From positions 2,976,001 to 3,040,000 of the forward strand of contig CAXXVL010000002.1 in assembly GCA_963667845.2 (NCBI GenBank): a DNA stretch of 64,000 nucleotides, read 5' to 3'. Positions 40,326 to 50,751 of the stretch are shown piece by piece. Position numbers and translations under genes: made by a program. The notes beneath the pieces were generated by a model. It was not told the DNA's origin and did no database searches. It saw nothing but the letters and a program-made list of their open reading frames with translations. Position 1 is the first letter of the stretch. Every line of letters begins with the position of its first letter. Source of the DNA: Smithellaceae bacterium. GTDB taxonomy: Bacteria; Desulfobacterota; Syntrophia; Syntrophales; Smithellaceae.

Positions 40326-40335
40326 ACCTTAAAGG

Positions 40336-43300
40336 ATGATCATGCATTTTACGGACATCTTCATACGACGGCCTGTCCTGGCCGTCGTGATCAGTCTGTT
40401 GATTCTGGTACTGGGCCTGCGATCCATCAGTCTGCTCAAGGTGCGCGAGTTTCCTGAGACGCAAAATGCAGTCGTGACGGTAACGACTGTTTACACCGGT
40501 TCCGATCCGGGTGTCGTCGCCGGTTTTATCACCGCGCCGCTGGAGAATTCAATAGCCCAGGCCAACGGGATCGACTACCTCACCTCGGTGAGCACTGGAA
40601 GCGTCAGCACGATTCAGGCCTATCTGCGCTTAAACTATGACTCGAACCGGGCGCTCACGGAAATTAATACCAAGGTCAACGCCGTCCTTAATCAATTGCC
40701 GCGCGACGCGCAGCCGCCGGTGATCAGCGTGGCGATCGGGGAGACGATTGCCTCGATGTATATCGGCTTCTACAGCAAGGTCATGGCTCCCAATAAAATA
40801 ACGGACTACCTGATCCGTGTGGTGCAGCCGAAACTGCAGGCGGTGGAAGGCGTGCAGGCGGCCGACATTCTGGGGGGCCGGCGCTTTGCCATGCGCATCT
40901 GGCTCGATCCGCAGAAGATGGCGGCCTGTAGCGTCACGGCGGCCGACGTCAGCGCCGCCCTGGCCAATAACGATTTCATTTCCGCAGTCGGGCGTACGCA
41001 GGGGCAGATGATCACGGTCAATCTGATCGCGGATACCACGCTGCATTCGGTTGACGAATTCAGAGAACTCATCATCACGTCCAGAAATGAAGCGATCATT
41101 CGCCTGAAGGACGTGTCGAACATCACGCTGGGTTCAGAAGACTATGACACGGCGGTCGCCTTTGACGGGGACCGGGCGACCTATATCGGCATCAAAGTTG
41201 CGCCCGGAGCCAATCTGCTCACGGTGATTGAAAACGTGCGCAAAGCCTTTCCCCCCATCGAGGAGCAATTCCCTGAGGAGCTTAAGGGACGCATCGTTTA
41301 CGATGCCACAAAATACATCAACAGCTCGATCCAAGAAGTGATCAGTACGCTGATCAAGGCGCTGGTGATCGTCACGATCGTGATCTTCCTGTTTCTGGCG
41401 AGCATCCGTTCCGTGATTATACCGACGATTGCGATTCCCCTGTCGCTCGTCGGGGGATTCTTCATCATGTTGATTCTGGGTTATTCCATCAATCTGCTCA
41501 CCCTGCTGGCTCTGGTTCTGGCGATCGGGTTGGTGGTGGACGATGCCATCATCGTGGTCGAAAATTGCCACCGGCATATTGAGGTGGGACTCTCCCCCCT
41601 GCAAGCTGCGATCGTGGGAGCGCGGGAGCTCGCCGGTCCGATCATCGCCATTACCGTGGTATTGATTGCCGTCTATGTGCCCATCGGCTTTATGGGCGGA
41701 CTGACCGGAGCGCTCTTTACCGAATTCGCCTACTCGCTCGCGGCGGCTGTCACCGTGTCGGCCGTCATTGCTTTAACGTTGTCTCCGATGATGTGTTCCA
41801 AAATACTTAAAACAGAACACCAGGAGAATCCCGGCTGGTTTCAAAAATTTGTCAACGGCCAGTTCGACTTTTTACGGAGGACCTACCAGAAATTATTGAC
41901 GATCGCTCTCAACTACCTGCCCGTGACGATCGTATTTGCAATATTTATCCTGGTCATCAATTACTTTCTCTTTGTCGGATCGAAAAGCGAACTGGCCCCT
42001 CAGGAGGATCAGGGGATTATTATTTCTTTCATTACGACTGCGCCGAACGCGACGCTGGAGCAAACGCAGCTCAATTCCCGACAGGTGTTCGATATCTTCA
42101 AATCTTATCCCGAAACCGACCATGTCTTTCAACTCGACGGGGTCAACGGGCTGAATACGGGTGTTGCCGGGCTGGTCACCAAACCCTGGGATGAGCGCAA
42201 GCGCACAACCATGCAGTTAAACCCGATGGTCCAGATGAAGCTCAATGGCATTGCGGGAGCACGCGCAGCGGCTTTTCTGAGGCCGCCGCTGCCGGGCACC
42301 AGCGGACTTCCTGTGCAATTTATTGTCGGGACGACAAACTCGTTTGAGAATCTGAATGAAATATCTCAGAACATCCTGGCCGGCGCTTACCGTACCGGAC
42401 TGTTTGCCTACGTGGACACCGATCTTAAGATAGATAAACCTCAGACGCTCCTGCGCATCAATCGTGAAAAGGCCGCGCAGATGGGATTGACGATGCGCGA
42501 TGTCGGCGGGCAACTGGGGGCAATGCTCGGAGGCGGCTATGTGAATTTTTTCGATCTGCAGGGCCGGTCCTATAAAGTCATTCCACAGGTGATGCAGCGC
42601 GAACGGCTCAATACAAGCCAGCTCCAGAACTATTACTTTAAGACATCCGGCGGCACATCCATTCCGTTTGCGACAATCGTTGATCTGAAAACGGATGTTG
42701 TCCCCGAATCACTCAATCACTTTCAACAGCTCAACGCCGTAACGATTTCGGCGGTGCCTGCGCCCGGCGTGACGCTGGGGGAGGCGCTGGAGGCTTTGAA
42801 CAATATTGCCCGGAATGGCCTGCCGCAGGGTTACAGCACGGACTATGCGGGGTTATCCCGGCAATTTATGAGCGAATCGAGGGCTCTGCTGATCACTTTC
42901 GTCTTCGCTCTGATTATCATCTTCCTGGCGCTGGCGGCGCTTTTCGAAAGTTTCCGCGATCCGCTGATCGTCATGATCAGCGTCCCGATGTCGGTTTGCG
43001 GGGCCATGATTTTTATCAGCCTGGGTGTTGGAGGCGCCACTCTCAATATTTATACGGAGGTCGGGCTGGTTACGCTCATTGGTTTGATCAGCAAACACGG
43101 TATTTTGATCGTGCAGTTTGCCAATGACTTGCAGAGACAGGGAGAAAATAAGCGGCGGGCCATCGAAATGGCGTCAAGCATTCGGCTGAGGCCGATTCTC
43201 ATGACGACGGCGGCGATGATCGTGGGTGTGGTCCCGCTGGTGACGGCGTCAGGGGCGGGTGCCGAGGGCCGCTTCAACATGGGGCTGGTCATCATGACCG

Positions 43301-43431
43301 GCATTGCCATTGGCACGGCGTTCACGCTGTTTGTTGTCCCCGGCATGTATTTATGGCTGGCCGCGGAGCACTCCCGCGTTGCTTCAGAACAGGAACCGGT
43401 TGAGAAAAGAGAGCCTCAGCCGGAAACGTGA
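40336..43431 (+). CDS. RND efflux permease (AcrB family, MexW/MexI-like)
   Basis: FTDIFIRRPVLA, GLVVDDAI, GLISKHGIL, RLRPILMTT. Confidence 0.95.
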   Translation: MIMHFTDIFIRRPVLAVVISLLILVLGLRSISLLKVREFPETQNAVVTVTTVYTGSDPGVVAGFITAPLENSIAQANGIDYLTSVSTGSVSTIQAYLRLNYDSNRALTEINTKVNAVLNQLPRDAQPPVISVAIGETIASMYIGFYSKVMAPNKITDYLIRVVQPKLQAVEGVQAADILGGRRFAMRIWLDPQKMAACSVTAADVSAALANNDFISAVGRTQGQMITVNLIADTTLHSVDEFRELIITSRNEAIIRLKDVSNITLGSEDYDTAVAFDGDRATYIGIKVAPGANLLTVIENVRKAFPPIEEQFPEELKGRIVYDATKYINSSIQEVISTLIKALVIVTIVIFLFLASIRSVIIPTIAIPLSLVGGFFIMLILGYSINLLTLLALVLAIGLVVDDAIIVVENCHRHIEVGLSPLQAAIVGARELAGPIIAITVVLIAVYVPIGFMGGLTGALFTEFAYSLAAAVTVSAVIALTLSPMMCSKILKTEHQENPGWFQKFVNGQFDFLRRTYQKLLTIALNYLPVTIVFAIFILVINYFLFVGSKSELAPQEDQGIIISFITTAPNATLEQTQLNSRQVFDIFKSYPETDHVFQLDGVNGLNTGVAGLVTKPWDERKRTTMQLNPMVQMKLNGIAGARAAAFLRPPLPGTSGLPVQFIVGTTNSFENLNEISQNILAGAYRTGLFAYVDTDLKIDKPQTLLRINREKAAQMGLTMRDVGGQLGAMLGGGYVNFFDLQGRSYKVIPQVMQRERLNTSQLQNYYFKTSGGTSIPFATIVDLKTDVVPESLNHFQQLNAVTISAVPAPGVTLGEALEALNNIARNGLPQGYSTDYAGLSRQFMSESRALLITFVFALIIIFLALAALFESFRDPLIVMISVPMSVCGAMIFISLGVGGATLNIYTEVGLVTLIGLISKHGILIVQFANDLQRQGENKRRAIEMASSIRLRPILMTTAAMIVGVVPLVTASGAGAEGRFNMGLVIMTGIAIGTAFTLFVVPGMYLWLAAEHSRVASEQEPVEKREPQPET

Positions 43432-43455
43432 TTTGTAATAATTTTTCCGGTCAGC

Positions 43456-43896
43456 CTATTCGACAATGGTTATTTCATCACCTACGGTAATCACACCTTC
43501 GGACAAAACACGGACGAAAATGCCTTCCTTCGGCATGACGCAGTCGCCGACGGCATGATAGATCGCGCAGGGCGCCAGACACGTTTTGCCGATCTGCGTG
43601 ACTTCGAGAAGGATATCTTTGCCGATTCTGAATTGTGTTCCGATGGGCAAGGTATACAGTTCGATGCCCTGCGTCGTCAGATTCTCGGCAAAGTCTCCAT
43701 ATTGGACATTGAGACCCTTTTGCCGGATCTTTTCGACGCTTTCTGCGGCGAGCAGGCTGACCTGTCGAATGGCCATACCGATGTGAGCATCATTTTCCAG
43801 CCCCTGGTTCACTAAAGCGCGCGCCGCTCCGACGTTATGTTTCTTTTCACCTTTTTTGTCGCTGATATTGACGGACAGAATTTTTCCCATGATCAT
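43456..43896 (-). CDS. MOSC domain protein
   Basis: GLENDAH, RQVSLL, GDFAENL, TQIGK.C...C.I....GDCVMPKEG. Confidence 0.88.
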   Translation of the reverse strand: MIMGKILSVNISDKKGEKKHNVGAARALVNQGLENDAHIGMAIRQVSLLAAESVEKIRQKGLNVQYGDFAENLTTQGIELYTLPIGTQFRIGKDILLEVTQIGKTCLAPCAIYHAVGDCVMPKEGIFVRVLSEGVITVGDEITIVE

Positions 43897-44274
43897 TTAT
43901 TTCCTTATCGCGATGGCTTCAATTTCCAGCGGTGCTCCCTTGGGTAAGGCTGATACTTCCACCGTCGAACGGGCGGGGGGCTCCGCTGCGAAAAAACCGG
44001 CATAAATTTCATTCACGGCGACAAAGTCGCTGATGTGTTTTAAAAAGAGGGTCGTCTTGATAATGTTTTTCAGAGACAGACCGTTTTCTTCCAGAATTGT
44101 TTGCAGATTGGTCAAAATCTGCTGCGTCGCCGACCGGATATCCATGACGATCTCACCCGTTTGAGGATTGACGGGCAGCTGCCCCGAAATAAAAACAAAG
44201 CCGCCTGTCTCCACGGCTGCAGAATACGGCCCGGCGATGAGTATTTTGCCGGACATCAATATTTTCTTTTCCAT
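43897..44274 (-). CDS. ridA: RidA family enamine/imine deaminase
   Basis: GPYS, SGQLP, NEIYA.FF, PPARS (catalytic Arg), LPKG, EIEA; ATG 44274. Confidence 0.88.
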   Translation of the reverse strand: MEKKILMSGKILIAGPYSAAVETGGFVFISGQLPVNPQTGEIVMDIRSATQQILTNLQTILEENGLSLKNIIKTTLFLKHISDFVAVNEIYAGFFAAEPPARSTVEVSALPKGAPLEIEAIAIRK

Positions 44275-44286
44275 GAGGTTCTCCAA

Positions 44287-44865
<579 letters not shown>

Positions 44866-44883
44866 ATCTTCATTCTTTTCCGT

Positions 44884-46005
44884 TTAGCGCTGATGAATAT
44901 TGGCCAAGAAATTCTTGATCAATCTGGTTTCATCTTCAATCTCAATCAAGAAAGCATCATGCCCGTAGGTGGAAATCAAATCGAAATAGGTGGTGTAAGC
45001 ATGCTTTCGCTTGAGTGCCCGGACGATATCCTGAGATTGATAGGAAGGATAAAGCCAGTCCGATTTGAAGGAAATCACCAGAAAACGAACGGCGGTTTTT
45101 TTGACGGCCGGAATGAAATTCTCACCGGAAAGGTCAAAATAGTCAAGCGCCTTGGTGATATAAAGATAAGAGTTGGCGTCGAAGCGCTTGACAAAGTTGT
45201 AACCGCGGTACCGCAGGTAACCTTCCACTTCGAAGTCGTCGGTAAATTGAAAACTGAGGTTGTCGTTTTTTAGTTTACGGGAAAATTTCTCCTCCATGGA
45301 CTGATCGCTCATAAACGTGATGTGGCCGATCATGCGCGCGACCGCCAGCCCTTTTTCGGGCTGTCCGTGCTCGTAATAGAAACCTTTGCGCCAGGCCGGG
45401 TCGGCCATGATCGACTGCCGGATGACCTCGTTAAAGGCAATCTGCTGCGGCGAATGTTTCAGTGCCGTGGCAACCGGTATCGCAGCCAGAACCCGGTTAG
45501 GGTAGGCTGAAGCCCATTGCAGCGTCTGCATGCCGCCCATGGAACCGCCGATGACGCAAAGAAGCTTTTCAATCCCCAGATGATCAATGAGGTGTCGCTG
45601 AGCTTCCACCATGTCGGCGATGGTGATCATCGGAAAATCCAGGGCGTAGGCTTTTCCGGTTTCCGGATTAATGGACGAAGGTCCGGTACTGCCTTTGCAG
45701 CCGCCGATGACGTTGGAACAGATGACAAAATACTGATGGGTGTCCAGCGCACGGCCCGGGCCGATCAGCCCGTCCCACCAGCCGGGCGTTTTGTCGTCGG
45801 GGGAAAGTCCCGCCGCGTGCGCATCGCCGGAGAGCGCATGGCAGACCAGAATCGCATTGGATTTGTCCGCATTGAGCTGGCCATACGTTTCAAAAGCGAT
45901 CGTTACGGGACCGATACTTCGTCCCGATTTCAACTGCAGCGGGCGAGGCGGTTCGGCAAACGTAAAATATTGTGTATGGATCGTTCCTAAAGATTCTTTT
46001 TTCAT
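44884..46005 (-). CDS. metX: Homoserine O-acyltransferase
   Basis: CHALSGDAH, GGCKGSTGP, GGSMGG, RFDANSY, GHDAFL. Confidence 0.95.
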   Translation of the reverse strand: MKKESLGTIHTQYFTFAEPPRPLQLKSGRSIGPVTIAFETYGQLNADKSNAILVCHALSGDAHAAGLSPDDKTPGWWDGLIGPGRALDTHQYFVICSNVIGGCKGSTGPSSINPETGKAYALDFPMITIADMVEAQRHLIDHLGIEKLLCVIGGSMGGMQTLQWASAYPNRVLAAIPVATALKHSPQQIAFNEVIRQSIMADPAWRKGFYYEHGQPEKGLAVARMIGHITFMSDQSMEEKFSRKLKNDNLSFQFTDDFEVEGYLRYRGYNFVKRFDANSYLYITKALDYFDLSGENFIPAVKKTAVRFLVISFKSDWLYPSYQSQDIVRALKRKHAYTTYFDLISTYGHDAFLIEIEDETRLIKNFLANIHQR

Positions 46006-46050
46006 AAATATCGAATATCCTGAAATCTGCTATTATAATCACCTTCCGGT

Positions 46051-46956
46051 TCAAACGATTTGCAGCATCCTTTCAATAGCGCCCCGGGCCTTATCCATGA
46101 CCGGTTTCGGCACCGTTATTTGATGATTCATATCCTGAAGAGACCAGAGAATTTTTTCCAAAGTGATTTTTTTCATGTTGGGACATGATGCTTTTTCGGA
46201 TGCCGGATAAAAAACTTTTCCCGGATTTTCTTTCTGCATCCGGTGAATGATGCCGATTTCCGTGCCGATAATGAATTCCATTGCTTGGGCCTCGCGGACA
46301 TAACGGCACATTTTCTCCGTCGATGCTACCACATCCGCCAATCCGGTCAACTCCGGCGTGCATTCCGGATGCACTAAAATTCTGGCCTCCGGGTGAAGTG
46401 TGCGGGCGCGCCTGATATCCTCAGGCAGAATCCGGGCATGCGTCGGACAAAATCCTTCCCAGCTGATGAATTTGCATCCGGTCTCACGTGAGACATAGTG
46501 AGCCAGATACTTATCGGGAACAAATATGATCTCGCTGTGGCTTTCCAGGATGTGCTGCACCATTTTCAGCGCATTGCCGGACGTGCAGCAGTAATCACAA
46601 AGAGCTTTGACGTCGGCTGACGTGTTGACATAGCATAACGTCGCCGCATTCGGGTGTTCGGACTTCAGCGCCTGTAGGCCTGCCGCGTCAATCATGTCCG
46701 CCATCGGGCAGCCGGCCTTTGGGTCCGGCAACAAAACCGTTTTGGCAGGCGACAGAATCTTAGCCGTTTCGGCCATGAAATGAACGCCGCAAAATACGAT
46801 TACATCCGCGTCGGTTTCAGCGGCCTGCATGCTGAGACCCAGGGAATCACCGACAAAGTCGGCAATGTCCTGAACTTCCGGCAGTTGATAGTTATGAGCC
46901 AGAATGACCGCATTTCTTTCTTTCTTTAACTTTGTTATTTCAGTTATCAGGTCCAT
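46051..46956 (-). CDS. nadA: Quinolinate synthase A
   Basis: ILAHNYQ, FCGVHFMAE, AGCPMA, YVNTSA, CPTH, HPEC, CPNMK. Confidence 0.97.
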   Translation of the reverse strand: MDLITEITKLKKERNAVILAHNYQLPEVQDIADFVGDSLGLSMQAAETDADVIVFCGVHFMAETAKILSPAKTVLLPDPKAGCPMADMIDAAGLQALKSEHPNAATLCYVNTSADVKALCDYCCTSGNALKMVQHILESHSEIIFVPDKYLAHYVSRETGCKFISWEGFCPTHARILPEDIRRARTLHPEARILVHPECTPELTGLADVVASTEKMCRYVREAQAMEFIIGTEIGIIHRMQKENPGKVFYPASEKASCPNMKKITLEKILWSLQDMNHQITVPKPVMDKARGAIERMLQIV

Positions 46957-46967
46957 GAAGAGCTCTT

Positions 46968-47423
46968 TTATTCTTTCTTAATGGGTCGGGCCTTGGGTTT
47001 GTTGATGCCACTCTTACCTTCCTGTTCGGCAACAAGATGGGCGAGTGTTACACCGGCCATGGCCTCTCTGATTGTTAAGCTCAGCTGCGTCCAGGTATTC
47101 CGTGACGGGCAGACAGACACGCGCGGACAAATGCCCGGATCTTTGACGCAGTTTACCAGAGAGGTTTCCCCCTCCACCGCTTCGACGATATCACACACGG
47201 AAATGTCGTTGGCGCTTCTGGCCAGAATATAACCGCCGCGTGCGCCCCGGATGGATCGAATCAGTCCGGCAGCTCTTAACGGAATGACGATCAGACTCAA
47301 ATATTTCTCTGATATGTCTTCACTGGCGGCGATATCCTTGAGGAAGACTGATTTATCCTGGCCGGCGGCGGCCAGTGCGACCATCAGCCTGACGCCGTAT
47401 CTCGAACGCGTTGATAATTTCAT
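46968..47423 (-). CDS. Rrf2 family transcriptional regulator (three-Cys, IscR/CymR-like)
   Basis: MKLSTRSRYG, ISEKYL, S.RGARGGY.L, C-x6-C-x5-C. Confidence 0.92.
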   Translation of the reverse strand: MKLSTRSRYGVRLMVALAAAGQDKSVFLKDIAASEDISEKYLSLIVIPLRAAGLIRSIRGARGGYILARSANDISVCDIVEAVEGETSLVNCVKDPGICPRVSVCPSRNTWTQLSLTIREAMAGVTLAHLVAEQEGKSGINKPKARPIKKE

Positions 47424-47493
47424 CGTTAAAGGTAACCATCAAACGGCCTTATCGTACTGTCCAAAAAATTCCTGAAACCCATCATTTCATCAC

Positions 47494-47543
47494 TAAATAC
47501 TACTCTAATGATAGTAATTAAGTCAGAAATCAAAATTTGTCAA
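47494..47543 (-). promoter_or_regulatory. Candidate promoter and Rrf2 operator
   Basis: Minus-strand TTGACA 47543-38, 17 bp, weak -10 TAATTA; imperfect inverted repeat TACTA-N9-TAGTA at 47498-47516. Confidence 0.4.
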
Positions 47544-47665
47544 GACTTTATGCGCAAAGAAGGTTGAAACAGCAGTGATTCTGCACAACGCGTCCTCAGG
47601 CTTTGCGAAAATCGGGAAGGGGACTTGCCATTATCCTGTTTCATGCATGAGAGAATAGGAGATCA

Positions 47666-47727
47666 TTTAATCCCGCTCACGCGGGACGAGTGTTAATTCT
47701 CCGCAGCCTGCTGCGATGTCGTTGATC
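47666..47727 (+). repeat. Miniature palindromic dispersed element, copy 2 (internally deleted)
   Basis: TTTAATCCCGCTCACGCGGGACGAGTGTTAATTCTCCGCAGCCTGCTGCGATGTCGTTGATC. Confidence 0.85.
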
Positions 47728-47807
47728 AGGGCACCATTTACAATTGCTTTTCAAATCCGCCATGATTATCATAAAGTTATAATTCAATAAGGGAGATATT
47801 TAGCCGT

Positions 47808-48650
47808 TTGAAGAAGATTGTCGCATTTTTACTTTGTCTGATCGTTATTCCCTCCGCGGCGTCCGCTGCCGAAAAAAAATTTCGTCCGCTTCCGGTCAAA
47901 GCGGTGATGCTGGTCGAAATGAATACCGGCCGGGTGCTTTATCAGCAAAACGCCGATAGAGTCATTCAGCCCGCTTCATTGTCCAAGATCATGTCGTTGT
48001 ATCTGATCGCGGAAGCAATTGAAAAGAAAGAGGCCGGTTACACGGATCTGGTAACGATCAGCACGAACGCCGTCGGGACGGGCGGTTCTAAAATGCTCTA
48101 TATTGCGGGGGCTCAACATGAAGTGTTTGATCTGGTCAAGGGCATGGCCGTTCATTCCGCCAATGACGCTTCCGTGGCTTTGGCCGAGTACCTTGCCGGG
48201 AGCGTCGACGACTTTGTCGTGCGCATGAATGCCAAAGCCCGCGAGTTAGGGATGAAACACACCCATTTTGTTAATCCCCATGGGCTGCCCAGCAGGAAGC
48301 AGACCACAACCGCGCGGGATATGTACATTCTGTCACGGGAATATCTGCGCCGGTTTCCGAATTCTCAAAAGATCCACTCTATCGAACGTTTTACCTTCAA
48401 CGATCAAATCCTGACGAATCGTAATGACCTCCTGCATAATTATCCCGGCGCGGACGGACTGAAAACGGGTTACGTCGGAGCCGCCGGATTTCATCTCATC
48501 GCAACAGCCAGACGGGGCGATGCGAGATTGCTGGCTGTTGTGCTGGGCGCGAAGAATCGGCGGATTCGTTCCGTGGAGACGAGGAAATTATTGGATTACG
48601 GATTTCGTCTGACCTCTGAGAAATACGCGAGTCATCGAATCGGCGTGTAA
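47808..48650 (+). CDS. D-alanyl-D-alanine carboxypeptidase (peptidase S11)
   Basis: Signal peptide; SLSK (SxxK), SAN (SxN), KTG. Confidence 0.93.
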   Translation: MKKIVAFLLCLIVIPSAASAAEKKFRPLPVKAVMLVEMNTGRVLYQQNADRVIQPASLSKIMSLYLIAEAIEKKEAGYTDLVTISTNAVGTGGSKMLYIAGAQHEVFDLVKGMAVHSANDASVALAEYLAGSVDDFVVRMNAKARELGMKHTHFVNPHGLPSRKQTTTARDMYILSREYLRRFPNSQKIHSIERFTFNDQILTNRNDLLHNYPGADGLKTGYVGAAGFHLIATARRGDARLLAVVLGAKNRRIRSVETRKLLDYGFRLTSEKYASHRIGV

Positions 48651-48673
48651 CGTACGCTGCTGCTGTCGGGATT

Positions 48674-49834
48674 TCAAGGTGCCGGCGCCCCAGCGGCGTT
48701 TTCCTGACTGCTTACGGATTTCAGCGTATCGGAGAAGACATAGAGCTTGTCGCCCGGCGCTATTTTTTTGTTGCTGTTCATGCCATTCCAGATCAGCAGG
48801 GCTTTAAAGGGAACATCAAAACGGGAGGCAATGCCCGTCAGGGTATCCCCTTTCTTCACGGTATAGACCGAATCATTGATCCGTAAAAACCATTCCGAGA
48901 TAAGTTTATCATAACGTTCGGGGAAACCGGTCGCACATCCCTTGGGAATGCGAATCTGACAGGTTCCCGCGGGCAGATGATAGTATTTGATCTGCGGGTT
49001 GAGGTCTTTGATGATCTTGAAGTAGGTGCCGGCGGCCTGGGCGATGATGTGAAGAGGGACGGGCCGACTGGCCTTGATTTCCAGCGTATCAAACTCTCGG
49101 GGCCAATAGAGATCGGCCTTGGTGAGTTGATAGCCGAATCTCGCCGGATTGGACATGATAATTTTAGCAGCGAGGATTCGGAACAGGTATCTTTGTGTTT
49201 CCTGGTTTAAATAGAGCTTGTAATAACTGCTCACTTTTTGAACAAGAATTTCCGACTTCAGCCCGTCTTCGCCCATGTTGTAAGCGGCGGCCGCCAAGGT
49301 CCAGGAACCAAAGAGAGTGTAAAGATCTTTCAGATATCTGATTGCCGCCCGGGTTGCTTTATCAGCATTTCTTCTTTCGTCAATATCACTGCTGACTTCC
49401 AGGCCGTATTTTATTCCTGTGCCTTCCATAAACTGCCAATATCCGACCGCTCCCTTGTTGGAAAAGGCCAGCGGTCTCAGCGAACTTTCCGCGATGGTAA
49501 TATATTTTAAATCGTCCGGGAGGTTATTGGCTTTCAGGACTCTTTCAATTTCGGGGAAATAGCGATTGGCGCGTTTGAGCCAGAGGATCACGTCGTCGCT
49601 GTTATCCAGCGACACAAGCAATTCTCTTTCCAGACGTTCGCGAACGTCTGGATCGGCGAGCGGAACGGGTTCATTACAGAAGTTCAGCGGTTCGGTAATC
49701 CTGATGGCTTCCAGAATTGCCTGTCCGTTAGACTGGGGCGTTTTGACTTCGGCATAACTGATTGACGAGCAGGTGATAATGAGAATAATCAACAATAAGA
49801 TTGACGGATATGGCCTTAAAAAATGCTGCTTCAA
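48674..49834 (-). CDS. Lytic transglycosylase (SLT) with LysM, MltD-like
   Basis: IAES, GAVGYWQF, LAAAAYNMG, ETQRY; YTVKKGDTL LysM. Confidence 0.92.
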   Translation of the reverse strand: MKQHFLRPYPSILLLIILIITCSSISYAEVKTPQSNGQAILEAIRITEPLNFCNEPVPLADPDVRERLERELLVSLDNSDDVILWLKRANRYFPEIERVLKANNLPDDLKYITIAESSLRPLAFSNKGAVGYWQFMEGTGIKYGLEVSSDIDERRNADKATRAAIRYLKDLYTLFGSWTLAAAAYNMGEDGLKSEILVQKVSSYYKLYLNQETQRYLFRILAAKIIMSNPARFGYQLTKADLYWPREFDTLEIKASRPVPLHIIAQAAGTYFKIIKDLNPQIKYYHLPAGTCQIRIPKGCATGFPERYDKLISEWFLRINDSVYTVKKGDTLTGIASRFDVPFKALLIWNGMNSNKKIAPGDKLYVFSDTLKSVSSQENAAGAPAP

Positions 49835-49868
49835 AAAAATCCTCCCTATAGAAATGAAAAAACACGGC

Positions 49869-50222
49869 TCACTTGTTTTGCGATTGGGGGGTCAATTTTG
49901 GATTCGCTAAATTGTCCCGGGCTTCCTTATAATCGCGGGCGGCGCCCTGTTTGATTTCTTCGGACTGGTGCACAGCCGATTCTTTTGCTTCTTTCAAGCC
50001 CCTGGGGATATCCTCTTTCATCGCTTTGACGTCCCGGACGATCGCTTCTTTGCTTTCTTTGTAAACTTTAACAGTTCCTTCTTTCACTTCTTTAGCTGTT
50101 GCCGAAACGGACGAACCGGCATCTTTATCCGGTGATGTTTTCGTTGTGTCAGCTGCGGCAGCAACCAGACTGACTCCCGAAAGAAATAAAGCACAAAGCA
50201 GGAAAATCGACAAACGGTTCAT
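49869..50222 (-). CDS. Hypothetical secreted Lys/Glu/Ala-rich helical protein
   Basis: ATG 50222 after GGAG; signal peptide MNRLSIFLLCALFLSGVSLVAAAA. Confidence 0.7.
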   Translation of the reverse strand: MNRLSIFLLCALFLSGVSLVAAAADTTKTSPDKDAGSSVSATAKEVKEGTVKVYKESKEAIVRDVKAMKEDIPRGLKEAKESAVHQSEEIKQGAARDYKEARDNLANPKLTPQSQNK

Positions 50223-50340
50223 TTTATGGTCTCCCCAAGAGATGTTCTGTAAACCAAGCATATAATTTGGAAGGAGTATAGGCAAAAAGCAAAAGAATTG
50301 TCAATGGAAGGAATGTACTTGAGTCCGGATTTACAGCGGA

Positions 50341-50565
50341 GGACTCCAATCGCCGGAAAATGCCGCTTTCATCGTTGAAAAGATAATCCGGATAGTTGTC
50401 TCAACGTATTCTGTCTGAGCGCCGGCAGGCCAGCGTCGGTGCAAGGATCGGAATCGCTCTATTTCCCGAAGATGGCGATGATCCGGAGCACCTGATCAAA
50501 CGTGTCGACGAAGCCATGTGTGATGTCCGGAAATCAGCAAAAGCGGATACGGCCTTGTCGGCTGA
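50341..50565 (+). pseudogene. GGDEF (diguanylate cyclase) C-terminal remnant
   Basis: ENAAFIVEKII / frameshift / ASVGARIGIALFPEDGDDPEHLIKRVDEAM / frameshift / SGYG*; no start or GGDEF motif. Confidence 0.75.
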
Positions 50566-50751
50566 TCAACATAAGCCGACTGCGGCGCTAACAGAGCATA
50601 TAGGGCTTCCCATATTTTTCTCCGGCTTCACTGCGGCTTCGCTTACCTTATCCGGATCAGCGTTGCTCATTATTTCTTTGACACATGCAGCCGTTCTTCG
50701 TATAGTGCGCGAAATGAAACATCTATTGATTCGTTCATTCTGGAGAATAAA

